From Eledone cirrhosa (taxonomy: Eukaryota): a stretch of 64,000 nt of DNA. Of the stretch, positions 14,141 to 27,301 are shown piece by piece; within the stretch, counting starts at the first letter, position 1, and each line of letters begins with the position of its first letter. The stretch spans positions 216,318,001 to 216,382,000 of the forward strand of contig OZ024741.1 of NCBI GenBank assembly GCA_964016885.1. The letters run 5' to 3'. The notes beneath the pieces were generated by a model that saw only the letters and a program-made list of their open reading frames with translations, was not told where the DNA came from and made no database searches. Position numbers and translations under genes: made by a program.

Positions 14141-14556
14141 CTCTCGGGTCCCAAATAATAGGGGACTGGAATAAGCAGGGGGGGGGGGGGGTAAGTGAGG
14201 AGTTTGGAAAATCTGTATTTTTTTCTAGGCTGTCTCCGTTGATTTGTTTTAAAAACCAGAATTAGTTGCTTAGTTTTCATATTGAGACCTCAACCCATTC
14301 TATTTATTTCATTAACCTATGGGATTTCTTGTAATGTAATTTTCATTTTTGCCTTGTATAATGTTATTTAATGTATAAAGAAAATTAATCGTTGCAAGAA
14401 TGCTACCACTTAAAATAAAATTTCGCCAGGGATAGATTAACAAAATTTGATAAGTGTGTGTGTGTTGCGGGGCGGGGTAGAATATGAGCGGGGAGGGTGG
14501 AAAATATCTGAAAAATTAAAAAGCAGGTAGAGATCCGATTATTCGAGACCCGAGAG
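14141..14556. mobile_element. Non-autonomous DNA transposon (MITE) with ~19-bp TIRs
   Basis: ctctcgggtcccaaataat ... attattcgagacccgagag (17/19 inverted match); TA on the left flank. Confidence 0.6.
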
Positions 14557-14699
14557 AAAAAAAAACGATCATCTAAAAGAAACTATGATTAATACAAAGA
14601 AATATACTCTATAGAAAGAATATGATTCATCCTTTCTTAGTTGTATATATAAGGGAGATGCTGAATATTTGTTAGAAATAAATTTGAGAATACTGATTT

Positions 14700-14912
14700 G
14701 TAGTATAGGCACAAGGCCAGTAATTTGAAGGGGAGAGGAAAGTCGATTAAATCGACCTTAGTGCATTACTGGTACTTTATTTTATCGACCCCATAAGGAT
14801 GAAAGGCAAAGTTAACCTTGGCGGAATTTGAACTCAGACCGTAAAGGGCCGTAACTCTATGCTGCAGAGCATGGCGTCAGACCCCCTACCGATACTGCCA
14901 ATCCACCGCCCT
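14700..14912 (-). mobile_element. SINE family 1, full-length copy
   Basis: A-box, B-box and central domain present on minus strand. Confidence 0.85.
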
Positions 14913-15049
14913 TATAAATTTGAGAATAATGAAAAAGTGTTCGGAAAAAATTTATAAAGTAAGTTTTTCATTTGTAAACTCATATTTAAAAAATACTTAA
15001 GAAAAAGAATTGTCTAACATAAAATGATGATAGAAAATATTAAAGAAAG

Positions 15050-15210
15050 TCGGACACCATGCTTTGAAGCATAGAGTTACGTCCCTTTAAGATCTGAGTT
15101 CAAATCCCGCCAAGGTTAACTTTGCCTTTCATCCTTACGGGGTCGATAAAATAAAGTACCAGTAATGTACTGGGTAATTGCTGGCCTTGTGCCTAAAATA
15201 GAAACAATTA
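15050..15210 (+). mobile_element. SINE family 1 copy (5'-truncated)
   Basis: ctgagttcaaatcccgccaaggttaactttgcctttcatccttacggggtcgataaaataaagtacc. Confidence 0.8.
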
Positions 15211-15339
15211 ATGTAGGTAAGGAACTGGAGCAAATACAGCTAATTATTTTGTCCGACGCTCTAACGACACAACCAATTCATCATACAGAATTTTTTCTGT
15301 ATCTTTTCTTCTTCTTCTTTGCCCACTTATTCCTGAGAG

Positions 15340-15770
15340 GGTCGAGGGAGCAGAGTCCTTAAACATTCCTTCCAGAGGCTTCTATTGAGCCGGCTAGATT
15401 CCCAAGCGAGACCAGCCAAGCTCATGGATATTATCCAACCATCTTGCTCGTGGACGATCCCTTGGTCTCCTGCCGGCTGGTTTTTGCTCGTAACATGTTC
15501 CCAGCAATTCTTTCCTGAGACATTCTAACCACATGTCCGTAGTATCGGAGCTGTGATCTCTCAATTCAGAGAAGTAGCTGCTCTACCTAGAGCGACATTT
15601 TGATCTCCGAACTACATATTCTATCGGTTAACGTTGTTCCGAAGACCCTTCGGAGGAGCCCCATTTCGGCCGCTTGTATTCACGATCGTCTTCTTTCTTT
15701 CATTACCCAACATTCATGACCATAGGTAAGGGTTGGCTCACGTATCGAATTGAAGATACTGAAATCTATG
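15340..15770 (-). mobile_element. RTE-clade LINE 3' fragment (post-RT region)
   Basis: Manual minus-strand translation gives PTLTYGHECWVM..IQAAEMGLLRR..IERSQLRYYGHVVRM, typical of RTE/Expander C-termini. Confidence 0.75.
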
Positions 15771-15784
15771 ATATAAAATAACAG

Positions 15785-16005
15785 TTTCTAATTTAGGTAC
15801 AAAACCAGTAATTTGTGATGATGGGAAAGTCGATTGAATGACCCAGTAAATTACTGGTGCTTCACCGGTACCTTATTTCATCGATAGCTGCACCCCAGAA
15901 GACTGAAAGTCAAAGTTGGTTTCAGTGGGATTTGAACTCAGAACCTTACAAGACCGGAACAAGTCGTGGGAAGCATTTTTTACGACGCTCTACCGATTCT
16001 GTCAG
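15785..16005 (-). mobile_element. Diverged SINE family 1 copy
   Basis: aggtacaaaaccagtaatt...aagtcgatt...gggatttgaactcag...cgacgctctaccgattctg. Confidence 0.55.
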
Positions 16006-16064
16006 TCGAAATTACAGAAAAGAAATATCAGTGAAGTAGTAGGATCGATAATATTGATGATATC

Positions 16065-16885
16065 CCTACCAGCACCACCACCAGCAACACCATCAACATA
16101 ATCACCACCACCACCTCAACCACAACCACCATCAACATAATCACTACCACCACCACCACCACCACCACAACCATCACCACCACCACAACCACCAGTACCA
16201 GCACAACCACCATCAACATAATCACAACCACCACCACCACAACCATCATCTCAAAATAATCACTACCACCACCACCACCACCCCCACCACCATTATCAAC
16301 TCCACCATCACCACCATCACCACCACCACCGTCGCCACCATCACCAGCACCAGCACCACCACCACTACCACCATCACCGCCACAACCACCAACACCAGCA
16401 CCACCATCACCACCACCAGCACCACCAGCTCCACCACTGCAACCACCACCAACACCACCACCATGAAAACCAGCATGACCTCCAACATGACCACCACCAC
16501 CATCACCACCACCATCACCACCACAATCACCATCGCCACCATCACTACCGCAACCACCACCACCACCACCACCACCACCGCAGCCACCACTACCACCACC
16601 CACCACCACCACCGCCGCAACCACCACCACCACCACTACCACCGCAACCACCACCACCACTACCACCGCAACCACCACCACTAACACCACCACCCACCAC
16701 CACCGCAACCACCACCACCACCTCTACCACCGCAACCACCACCGCAACCACCACCATTATCACCACCACCCACCATCACCACCACCACCGCAACCACCAC
16801 TACCACCGCAACCACCACCCACTATCACCACCACCCACCACCTCCACCGAAACCACCGCCATCATCACCACCGCCACCATCAACA
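16065..16885. repeat. Degenerate (ACC)n trinucleotide repeat
   Basis: direct inspection. Confidence 0.9.
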
Positions 16886-17147
16886 GCAGATAGAGAAAAA
16901 AAGAACTATTGAGGTCTTGTGGTTTAATCATTATTTATGATGTGTTAATTACAGTTGGCCCTCGTTCACAAAATAGCCGAAAATTTAAGATTTTCCAGAG
17001 AAGGACGTCCATGAAAAATAAAATGGAGGAAGACAGGGAAAAAAAAGAAGATCGTTAAGTCAAGATCAACAAGAATATTTATGAATTTAAATTTACGATT
17101 TTAGCGTTCAAAGTAAGACGCTATGATGAAAGGAATGCTTAGGTTTG

Positions 17148-18830
17148 CTGAGAGTGTGTGTGTGTGTGTATGTGTATGTGTGTGAGTGTGTCTGTGGCTG
17201 AGAGAGAGTGTGTGTGTGTATGTATTTGTGTGTGAGTGTTTGTGGCTGAGAGAGAATGTGTGTGTATAGATGTGTGTGTGTGTGTGTGTGTCTGAGAAAG
17301 AGAGGGTGTGTGTGTATGTGTTTGTGTGTGAGTGTGTTTGTGGCTGAGGGAGAGAGAATGTGTGTGTAAAGATGTGTGTGTGTGTGTGTGTGTGTGTGGC
17401 TGAGAAAGAGAGGGTGTGTGTGTATGTGTTTGTGTGTGAGTGTGTTTGTGACTGAGAGAGAGAGAATGTGTGTGTGTGTGTGTGTGTGTGGCTGAGAAAG
17501 AGAGGGTGTGTGTGTATGTGTGTGTGGCTGAGAGAGAGTGTGTGTGTGTGTGTGTGTATGTGTGTGAGTGTGTTTGTGACTGAGAGAGAGAGGGCGTGTG
17601 TATATGTGTGTGTGGCTGAGAGAGAGTGTGTGTATGTATGTGTTTGTGTGTGAGTATGTTTGTGGCTGAGAGAGAGAGAATGTGTGTGTATAGATGTGTG
17701 TGTATGTGTGTGTGGCTGAGAGAGAGTGTGTGTGTGTATGTGTTTGTGTGTGAGTGTGTTTGTGGCTGAGAGAGAGAGAATGTGTGTGTGTGGCTGAGAA
17801 AGAGAGGGTGTGTGTGTATGTGTGTGTGGCTGAGAGAGAGAGAGAGAGTGTGTGTGTGTATGTGTTTGTGTGTGAGTGTGTTTGTGGCTGAGAGAGAGAG
17901 AATGTGTGTGTATAGATGTGTGTGTGTGTGGCTGAGAAAGAGAGGGTGTGTGTGTATGTGTGTGTGGCTGAGAGAGAGTGTGGGTGTGTGTGTATGTGTT
18001 TGTGTGTGAGTGTGTTTGTGGCTGAGAGAGAGAGAATGTGTGTGTATAGATGTGTGTGTGTGTGGCTGAGAAAAAGAGGGTGTGTGTGTATGTGTGTGTG
18101 GCTGAGAGAGAGAGAGTGTGTGTGTGCATGTGTTTGTGTGTGAGTGTGTTTGTGGCTGAGAGAGAGAGAATGTGTGTGTATAGATGTGTGTGTGTGTGTG
18201 TGTGTGGCTGAGAAAGAGAGGGTATGTATGTGTGTGTGGCTGAGAGAGAGAGAGAGTGTGTGTGTGTGTTTATGTGAGTGTGTGTGAGAGAGAGAGAATG
18301 TGTGTGTGTGTGTGTGTTTGTTGCTGAGAGAGAGTGTGTGTGTGGCTGAGAGAGAGAGAGAGTGTATGTGTGTGGCCGAGAGAGAGAGAAAGAAAGTGTG
18401 TGTATTTGTGTGTGTGTGTGTGTGTGTGTGTGAGTATGTGTGTGTGTGTAAGTGTGTGTGAGAGTGTGTGTGAGAGTGTGTGAGTGTTTGGGAGAGTGTT
18501 TGTGTGTGTGAGTGTGTGAGAGTGTGTGAGAGTGTGTATGTGTTGCGTGCGTGAGAGAGTGTCTGTGTATGTGTGTGGTAGGAAAAGAGAGAGGGAAGAG
18601 AAAGAGAAAGAGAGAGAGAGAAAGAGAAAGACAAACAGACAGACAGAGACAGAAAGAGAGTGAGTGTGAGAGAGTGTGTTTGTGTGTATGATAGGAAAGA
18701 GAGGGGAGAGGTAGAGATAAAGAAAAAGAGAGACAGAGACTGAAAGGGAGAGAGGAGAGAGGGGGGAGGAGGACAGAGAGGAGGGAGATGGAGGGGAAAG
18801 AGAGGCGGGAGATGGAGGGGAGAGAGGGCG
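17148..18830. repeat. Compound GT/GA minisatellite punctuated by TGGCTGAGA, then GA-rich tract
   Basis: recurring tggctgaga anchor separated by variable (GA)n/(GT)n runs. Confidence 0.9.
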
Positions 18831-19343
18831 TGTTTTGTTTGTGTGTAAAGAGAGATATCAAACCAAGCCGAGGTTTAAAAGTCTTTAAATGAATAATGAT
18901 AGTTTTTTTAAACAAAAAAAAAAAAGAATCTCACAGCAGAGCTAAATGACATTTAAGAGGGAATCGGTGAAAACTAAACATGTAAAAATGAAGGCGTGTT
19001 ATTTCAGGAAAGCGCGGGAAGTGAAACCGTATGAGTTTTAATTGCATAATCAACACGACGAAACATGATATTCTCTGTTAAAAGAAAATTGAGATCTTAC
19101 ATAAGAGTCGATTAAATTAATGGTGAAACCTTAATAAATGGTTGTCATAGTAATAAAATTTCGCAAATTTGAATAAGTTTGTATGACGCACAACGAAAGA
19201 TGTGACTTCTAATGTTTCAAGTAAATTCTCTTCTTCAAAGAAAACGAGACAGAAAAAGAGATGAGAAAAGTATATAGATAGATAGATAAATAGATAGATA
19301 GATAGATACAGGATCGATATATATATAGAGAGAGAGAGAGAGA

Positions 19344-19378
<35 letters not shown>

Positions 19379-19397
19379 ACAGATAGATAGATAGATA

Positions 19398-22300
19398 TAT
19401 TCTTTATTAGCCACAAGGGCACACAAGAAAAGGGGACAAAACAAAGACATACCGGGGATTTTACATAAATCGTGTAAAAAAATATAAAACAAACAATTAT
19501 AACAATCGAAATTCCCAATAGGGGTGAGGCGCCACAAATACCCCGTCAATAGAACAACCCTCAAGTTCAGGAGCGTGTTGTGCAAGCGCCCCTTTCTTCC
19601 TTTTGCTCTCTTCTTCAACCTACAGGTTTATATACAGAGAAAGCCCAATCACTCGGGCCATTTTTGCCACATTCACCCACCTTTCAGTAAATTTACTGGG
19701 GTGCAGTGCCTCTCTCTCTACTCTGATTCTCCTTCTAAAGTGGTATCTAAAGAAGGGAATGAGTTGTTGTCCGGAGAGAAAGGCATCTGTCCTCAGTCCT
19801 CTCAATCTCGTCCACCATATAACTTCTTTCACCATAGCCACTATACAGAGGAAAACAGCCTTTCTTTCGTTTTTGAAAGAAGTTGGTGGTTTGATCCTTT
19901 CTATGGAGTCGGCAGTCAACTGGATTTGTCCCATACGCGACAGTAGTTGTTCCGCAGTTGTTCAGCAGTTGTTCCGCGTAGTTCCACAGGTCGATTACGC
20001 CCGGGCAGTGTACAATTGCGTGCAGGACTGTTTCAATCAATGTCCTGCGCGCATCTTGGACACGTCCTCTTGGAAGGATCCCTGCCGAGGCGTCCGTGCC
20101 CGTAGATCTTGTCACGAACTGGTAGAGCTCCACGGTAGCACTGCCAGGTCAGGGACCTCTGGAAGTTGTCCATAGGTCCCGGGCGGAAAGTCCTAACAAA
20201 TAGACTGGTGAGTTCGTCGTCTTCGACGCCCAGAGTCTCTCCGAGCACGTCGTCGCCCTTGTGGCGTACTAATCCTCTATAGAATGTCGAAGTGGAGTCT
20301 CCACTGATTGCCGTGCCCGCTTGACAGAGGACTGTGAGCGCCTGAGCGCATTCAATGTGCCAGGCTCCCATCGTTTTCGGTCTCCGCTTGACCCAGGACT
20401 GCAGCTCCGTCAGCGAGACAAGTTGCGGGAAGACCTGTCTCTCAAACGGTGCCCACACCGGTTCGGGGTCGATGAGGAATACCTGTAGATGCCGTAGCCT
20501 CAGCGGATGCTTGCGCATCCTTAGCCACGGCATTCCCAGCCCTCCGTTTGAAGGGTGCCGACAGCAGACGGATATCCTCACCACGGAGCCTGCTTCTTCC
20601 ACTTAAACTGGAAGAGCATACGTTCCATCTTGGTGAGGTGTTCACGGGAACAAGGCACGACAGTTAAGCGGTAGTAGATGACGGACGCTATGAAAGTGTT
20701 CACCACCTCCGCTCTACTTTCAAGGATAGTTTGCACTCTGCCCACTTCTGGGTGAGCGCAAATACCTTGGCCGTGACCTCGTTCCAGTTTTTCTCCACCT
20801 GGAGGTCTGGACCGAACCAGACTCCGAGCAATTTCACCGGTCCGTCCGTCCAGCGTCTGGCGACGCTGTCGGATGGCGTCGGTTTGACTCTCCACGTTCC
20901 GAGTTGCAAACCGACAGACTTGTCCGGGTACAGTTTTGCTAATGTGAGCCTTTCGTATTCCTTCAGTAAGTTGCCGATCGCCCCGGTCTCGGAGGCTTCC
21001 GACACTATTACCGTCACGTCGTCGGCATAAGCCGACGCCGTTTTCCGCTGTCCCAGTTCCAACGGAATGCCCTGTAGCAGCTCCAACTTCCGCAGCAGTG
21101 GCTCTAGTGTCAGTACGTACAGAATGGAGGAGAATGTACATCCCTGTCGGATGGAATGCGTGATTGCGAACGGCTCCGTTATGTAGCCGTTCACCCTGAC
21201 CATCAAGCAGATGTTGGTGTGCATTGCGGCGATCCAGCCTCTGAAGACAGGTCCGAAACCGGCCACCTTGAGAACCGCTTCCAAGTATCGATGGTCGACC
21301 CTATCGAACGCATTAGACTGATCCAAATTGATCAGCTTGGCCAAAATCTTTAACTCTGTGTTGAGCAGAGTTATGGGCCTAAAGTTGCTTAGTTCATCCC
21401 CCTTGTTCTCGTCTTTCCTGGTCAGCGTTACTACGCCCCTGCCTGCAGAACTGGGACTTCTCCCGTTCTGCTGCCAGTTGCAGTAGACAGCCTCGAGGAC
21501 ACCAGAGAACAAGTCCTGCATGCCTATGTAAATCTCATTGGGTAGACCATCTAGACCGGGTGATTTGCGTTTCCCACAGCGGCCCAGAGCGTCCCGTGTC
21601 TCAGTGGCTGTGATCGGTCTTTCGCAGAACTCGGCGTCCATGCTCGAGAGACGCGGCAAACCGTCGAGGTATGAACTGAAGTCCATTCGACGCACCGCCA
21701 CTCTGCCCGAACAGTTGCGCAAAGTACCGCTGAAAGGCCACGCTCATCTGCTTGGGGTCAAGTAGCACGCGTCCGTTTTTCCGTTGCCACTTTTCGCCTC
21801 TGCCACTCGGGCCCAGCTAACAGCTTTCGCTCCCTCGTTTCCTAGAGCACGTGATTTACTTCTGACCACGCAGCCTTCGTGTTTCGCGTCGAAGAACTGA
21901 TCCAGTGCCGTTCTCGTTGCTAGCACTCTAGCTACGTTATCACTCCTAAGCGCCTCCTCTACCTTGGCTACTAGTTCTGTTTCTGTTTTGTTTCTCTCTA
22001 AGGCTAACTCTCTGCTAAAGTCTATCGACTCTACTCTAATTGCTTTTTTGAGGGAGTACCACCATTGTTGACGATGGCTCCCGTCAATTCTTGCTTAACT
22101 AATCTACTTATCCGTTCACTGTCCGCTTTACGCATCGGTAGCGACACGTTCAGCTTCCAGTATCCGGGTCCTTGTCTATGTATTCTATCACGGTTGATTA
22201 TGCCGACGACTAGTTTGTGATCTGAATAGGCAACCATATGCATTTGTGCACAGCTTATCATCTTCTTGTCCTTCTCTCTAATGAAAAACATATCTAAATA

Positions 22301-23616
22301 CGATCTAGATGTCCCGCTGCGGTTTGCCCACGTCCACTGTGGTGCAGTAGGGAGATCCAGTCGATACCTATCGGCCAGTTGGAATTGGCCGATTAAAGTT
22401 TTGAGGCTTTTGTACACCCCACCCCACCCCCCTCTACTGGGACATGCACCCACATAGTCCCATCGTGCATCTAGGCTACCATTGCAGTCCCCAACTAAAA
22501 GTAAGGAGCGAGACGTTCCCAGAAAAGACTTAGACCCTTAAAGAAGTCTGGCCGCGATTGCGATTACCCGGTCGGGGCATAAACGGCCACCAGTCTGAAG
22601 GCTCCAATACTGTTCACGTCTACCAGTCTAGGACTACCAGTCTACCCTCTGGGTCCAAGTGTACTTGCTGTACTTCAGAGTCCAGGTTTTTCCGAAACAT
22701 GACAGCCACTCCCCTTCCAGCTCCTGGCTGACAGAGAGATGCGTAGATCTCAAAGTCGTCGAAGATGGGGGTTAGTTGCTGCGTGTTGTGGATCCTGGGC
22801 TCGGTGATGGCTATCACATCCATACCATGTGACCTAAGGTCGTTTAAAAGTTGGCCCTGTTTCCAGGGCATCCCTAGGCCACATGCACGCACATTCACGG
22901 TTTCAACTCGTAAACTAGCCATGTTGATGAAGAAGAGTTGGCGAAAAAGGACGAAAAGGTGCACTTACCTTTTCGTTTCCTGGAGATCGGGTTGTTCAAT
23001 CTCCATTTGGGTGCTCGGGGGTGTTGGTTTGGGTGGGGAAACATTTTAATAGGACGCGGTTGATGGGTTTCTGGCAGGGTTTGCCCACGTCTTGCGAAAA
23101 TGTATTCTTCAGGTCACTATAGGTCTCCATAGAAACCCTTATAAGTTTAAGGTGTGGAGACAAATCCGCCTTCACAAAGGTTTTACCCTCGGTTTCCACC
23201 TTGGGGTTTTGGGAGATGACCTCCATTAAATCCTTGTTATTGGTGTTGACGTATGCGTATTGTCTGTGTTTTTGTTGTGTTGTTTTTGTTTGTTGTTCTT
23301 TCGGGAGTTTTCTTTTTATGGAAGTAGAGGGGGATATAACGCTTATATCTGCCTCTTTCCCTCTCTTCTCGCTGTCAACGCTGTCTAGTGTTCTCTGTAG
23401 GTCACACATTGTTATAGTTAGGAACATTTTAAAACTTCTCAATAATATTTTTAATTAAATTTTCGCTGCACAGGGACGAAAACTGTGATTACCACCCAGC
23501 TGACAATTCAGCCTGGGTGTTAATCTATCAAACAATATAAATTTTCACACAATAAATTCTGTTTTTGTATCGAAAATTTTACAAAAACTTATCGACGATC
23601 TATCGCACGTCCGGTC
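19398..23616 (-). mobile_element. Tx1-clade LINE copy C (same family as F), both termini present, internal deletions
   Basis: 3' end GCCCTTGTGGCTAATAAAGAA + (TATC)n; ORF2 19620..22922 fragmented; ORF1 22965..23409 lacks ~1.4 kb relative to F; (GATA)n on both flanks. Confidence 0.9.
19620..22922 (-). pseudogene. ORF2 (EN-RT) of copy C, degenerate
   Basis: ORF pieces 22620..22964, 22031..22453 (SDHK), 20700..21722 (YADD), 20033..20602 (CPRC), 19620..19934. Confidence 0.9.
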
Positions 23617-23849
23617 GATAGATAGATAGATATATTTCTTTATTTACCATAAAGGCATAAAAAGAAGGGACAAATACAAAGGGGGAGTTTACATACAATC
23701 GAGTAAAAAGGGTATAAAATGAAAATAATTGAAAATAACCTCAAAAGGGAGGGGACGTGATGGGGGTTGCACACACTCCCGAAAAAGTGTGCAATCCTTT
23801 GCCCGGGGAGCACATGGAGAAGGTGCTCCCCTCTCCTTTACTTCTTTAC

Positions 23850-26800
23850 CTACAGGATGGTATACAGAGAAGGCCCATTTACACGAGCCATTCTCGCCAC
23901 TATCACCCACCTTTCATAAAACTGCCTGTGGCCAAGCACCTCTCTCTCCATTCTTATCCTTCTTCCGAAGTGATATCGGAAGAAGTAGACCAGACTATGG
24001 CCAGAGAGGAAGTTGCCTGACCTCAGACCTTTCAATCGTGTCCACCAAACAACCTCTTTCAACATGGCTATTACGCACAGAAAAACCGCCTTTGCTTCTT
24101 TTGTGAAGAGGGGAGGCGGTTTGGTTGTCATCACGGACTCGGCGGTCAATTGAATCGGCGTCACCCGCGACAGCAGTCGTTCGGCGTAGCCCCACAGATC
24201 AGCGACGCCCGGACATTGCACCAATGCGTGCGCAACGGTTTCTTCGTGACGCACGCATCTAGGGCAAATCTTTTTTGAGGGATCCCTGCCCGGGCGCCCG
24301 TGTCTGTAGAGCCTCTCTCGAACGGGTAGAGCCCCCCGGTAGCACTGCCAGGCCAGTGACTTCTGGAAGTTGTCCATTGGTCCTGGGCCGAAAGTCCTAC
24401 CGAACAGGCTGGCCAGTTCGTCCTCTTCCATGTCCAGAGACTCTCCAAGGGTGTCATCGCCCCTGCTAGCCACCAGCCCTCTATAGAATGATGAGGTGGA
24501 TTCTCCACCGACGGCCTGGCCCGCTTGCCAGAGAGCCCTGAGCGCCTGAGCACACTCAGTGTGCCAGTCTCCCAGTTTTCCAGATCTTTGCTTGACCCAG
24601 GACTGCAGCTCGGTGAGTGAGACGAGTCTCGGAAAGGCTCGTTTCACGAACGGAGCCCACACCAGTTGACCAGTGAGGAATACCTGTAGGTGCCGTAGCC
24701 TTAATGCGTGCCTACGCATCATCAACCACGGCATCCCCAGCCCTCCTTTCGAAGGTTGTTGGCAGCAGATGGATCTTCTCACCATAGGAGGGCGCTTCTT
24801 CCAAAGAAATTGGAAGAGCATGCGTTCCATGGTGGTGAGTGTTTCCTTAGGGCAAGGCACGACAGTCAGGCGGTAGTAAATGTTCGCCACCTCCGCCCGG
24901 CCTTTTAGGGACAGCTTACACTTGGCCCATTTCTGGGTTAGTGCAAACACCTTGTTCGTAACCTCGTTCCAGTTATTTTCCACCTGGAGGTCCGGTCCAA
25001 ACCAGACCCCAAGCAACTTTACCGGGCCCTCCGTCCAGTGTCCGACGACACCGTCGGGAGGCATCGGTCTGCCTCTCCACGTTCCGAGTTGCAGCCCGAT
25101 GGATTTTTCCCGGTTCAGTTTCGCTCCTGACAACCTTTCGTAATCCTCCAGTAAGGTACCGATCGCCTCGATCTCCGAGTCGGTCGATACCATTACTGTT
25201 ACGTCATCGGCGTAGGCCGACACCGCTTTGCTCAATCCTGGTTCCAGGGGGATACCCTGCAACAACTCCAACTTCCTCAGTAAAGGCTCGAGAGTCAATA
25301 CGTACAGAAGGGAGGAGAGAGGGCACCCCTGTCGAATGGATCGTGTGATTTCGAATGGCTTCGAAAGTTAGCCGTTCACCTTGATCCTAGAACAGATGTG
25401 GTTGCTATGTAAGGCAGTGATCCAGCCTCTGAAAACAGGACCGAACCCAGCCGCCGCTAGCACCGCATCCAGGTAACCATGGTCGACCCTATCGAAGGCC
25501 TTAGACTGATCCAAGTTGATCAGGGCCCCACCGAAGCCGGGTTTGTTGCCAACCCTCTCTATGATGTATCGCATGAGGTGGAGGTTATCGTGAATGGGCC
25601 TGGATGGGATAGCACATGTCTGCGCATCTCCCACCAGGCCACCCACGACAAGCGCCAACCTCTTTGCTAACACCTTGGCCAAAATCTTTAACTCTGTGTT
25701 TAGCAGTCTTATGGGCCGAAAATGATTTATACTATCTCCCTTGTTCTCGTCCTTCCTCACCAGCGTGACTACGCCCTTGGCTACAGAACAAGGAATTCTC
25801 CCGTTCTGCTGCCAATTGCAGTAGACCGCTTCGAGGAGTTCGGAGAAGAAGACCGGCATTGCTAAATAAAGTTCGTAAGGTATACCATCGAGACCTGGAG
25901 ATTTGCGTCTGCTGCATTGGCTCAGCGCATCTCCGATCTCATCAGCCGAGATTGGTCCCTCGCAGGACTCTGCTTCTTCGCTCGACGAAGCGGCAGGCCG
26001 TCGAGGTATGGACCGAAATCCACGCCCCCGCCCGGACCCTCGCCTCCCCCGAACAATCGGGCAAAGTGCCTTTGAAAGGCCTCGCACATCTGCTTAGGCT
26101 CCCGGATCACCTGTCCATCTTCGTCTTGCAACGACCGGATGGTGGATCGATTTCCACTCTTAGCTTCTGTCACGCGGGCCCAGCCAACGGCTTTGGCCCC
26201 CTCATTACCTAGAGCACGTATTTTACTTCGAATGACGCAGCCTTCGTGCTTTGCATCGAAAAACTGGTTCAAGGCCGTCCTCGATGCCAGCACTCTGGCC
26301 ACATCTTCGCTCTTGATTGCCTCTTCTAATTTACCTGTTAATTCTTTCTCGTTTCTATTCCTATCGGCAGCTAACATCTTGCTATAACTTATTGATTCTG
26401 TTCTAATCTCTCTTTTGAGAGATGCCCACCATCGGTTGTTGACGATTGCACCCGTCAACCTCTCCTTAACTAATCTGCTAATCCGGTTTCTGTAAGTCTC
26501 TTTTGCCGGTAAAGACAAATTAAGTTTCCAGTAACCGGGACCCTGTTTATGTGTTTTCTCGAGATTGACTACGCAGGTCACTAATTTGTGACCCGTGTAG
26601 CCAACCGTGGGCATTTCTGGACAGCTTAATATGTCCCTATCCTTACTTCTAACTAAGAATCTATCTAAGTACGATCTAGATTGACCACTGTGGTTTCTCC
26701 AAGTCCAGGTAGGAACAGTTGGAAAATCTAGTCGATATCTATCGACCAAGTTAAAACGGTCGAGTAACCCCTTGAGGCTGTTACACCCCCCTCTATTAGG

Positions 26801-27268
26801 ACATGCTCCTGCATAGTCCCAACGTGCATCTAGGATGTCATTCCAATCCCCCGCTAGAAGCAGGGAACGCGACGTTCCCAGAAAAGTCTCCAAACGCTGG
26901 AAGAAGTCGGGCCGTTCAGCTCCGAAAGGGGAGTAGACGGCGACCAGTCTCAAGGCCGCACCTTCACTACTGCCAACGTCTAGCACCAACAAACGACCCT
27001 CCGGGTCCGAGTTCGCAACCTGTACGGCAAGACCCAGGTGTTTTTGCAGCAGTACGACAACCCCACCCCCACCTCCAGGTTGACAGAGAGATGCATGCAC
27101 CTCAAAGTCATCGAAGGTAGGGGCCAGCTGCCGCACGACGCTGATTCGAGTCTCACAGATAACCATTACATTTATACCACATGACCTGAGGTCATTTAGA
27201 AGCTTTGCTTGCTTCCAAGTTGAGCCCAGGCCACGTGCATTCAAACATCCTACTCTTAACACATCCAT
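23850..27268 (-). pseudogene. ORF2 (EN-RT) of copy D, frameshifted; EN SDH motif altered to TGH
   Basis: ORFs 25922..27268 (EN), 25368..26087 (RT N-half), 23850..25298 (YADD, CPRC..H..C). Confidence 0.92.
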
Positions 27269-27301
27269 GTGGGCGGCAGAGCCAAAGGAGAGTGTAGAGA
27301 C

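Noticed and set aside
16028-16708. Gly/Val-rich 226-aa ORF
   Set aside because: Translation of a degenerate (GGT)n repeat, open in several frames; no exon or domain evidence
17101-18915. 604-aa and 508-aa His/Thr/Ser/Leu ORFs
   Set aside because: Artefacts of stop-free CA/CT repeats
21325-21350. 150-bp RT deletion in C as a retroposed splice product
   Set aside because: The missing segment starts with GT but ends GGCT/GGCC, not AG
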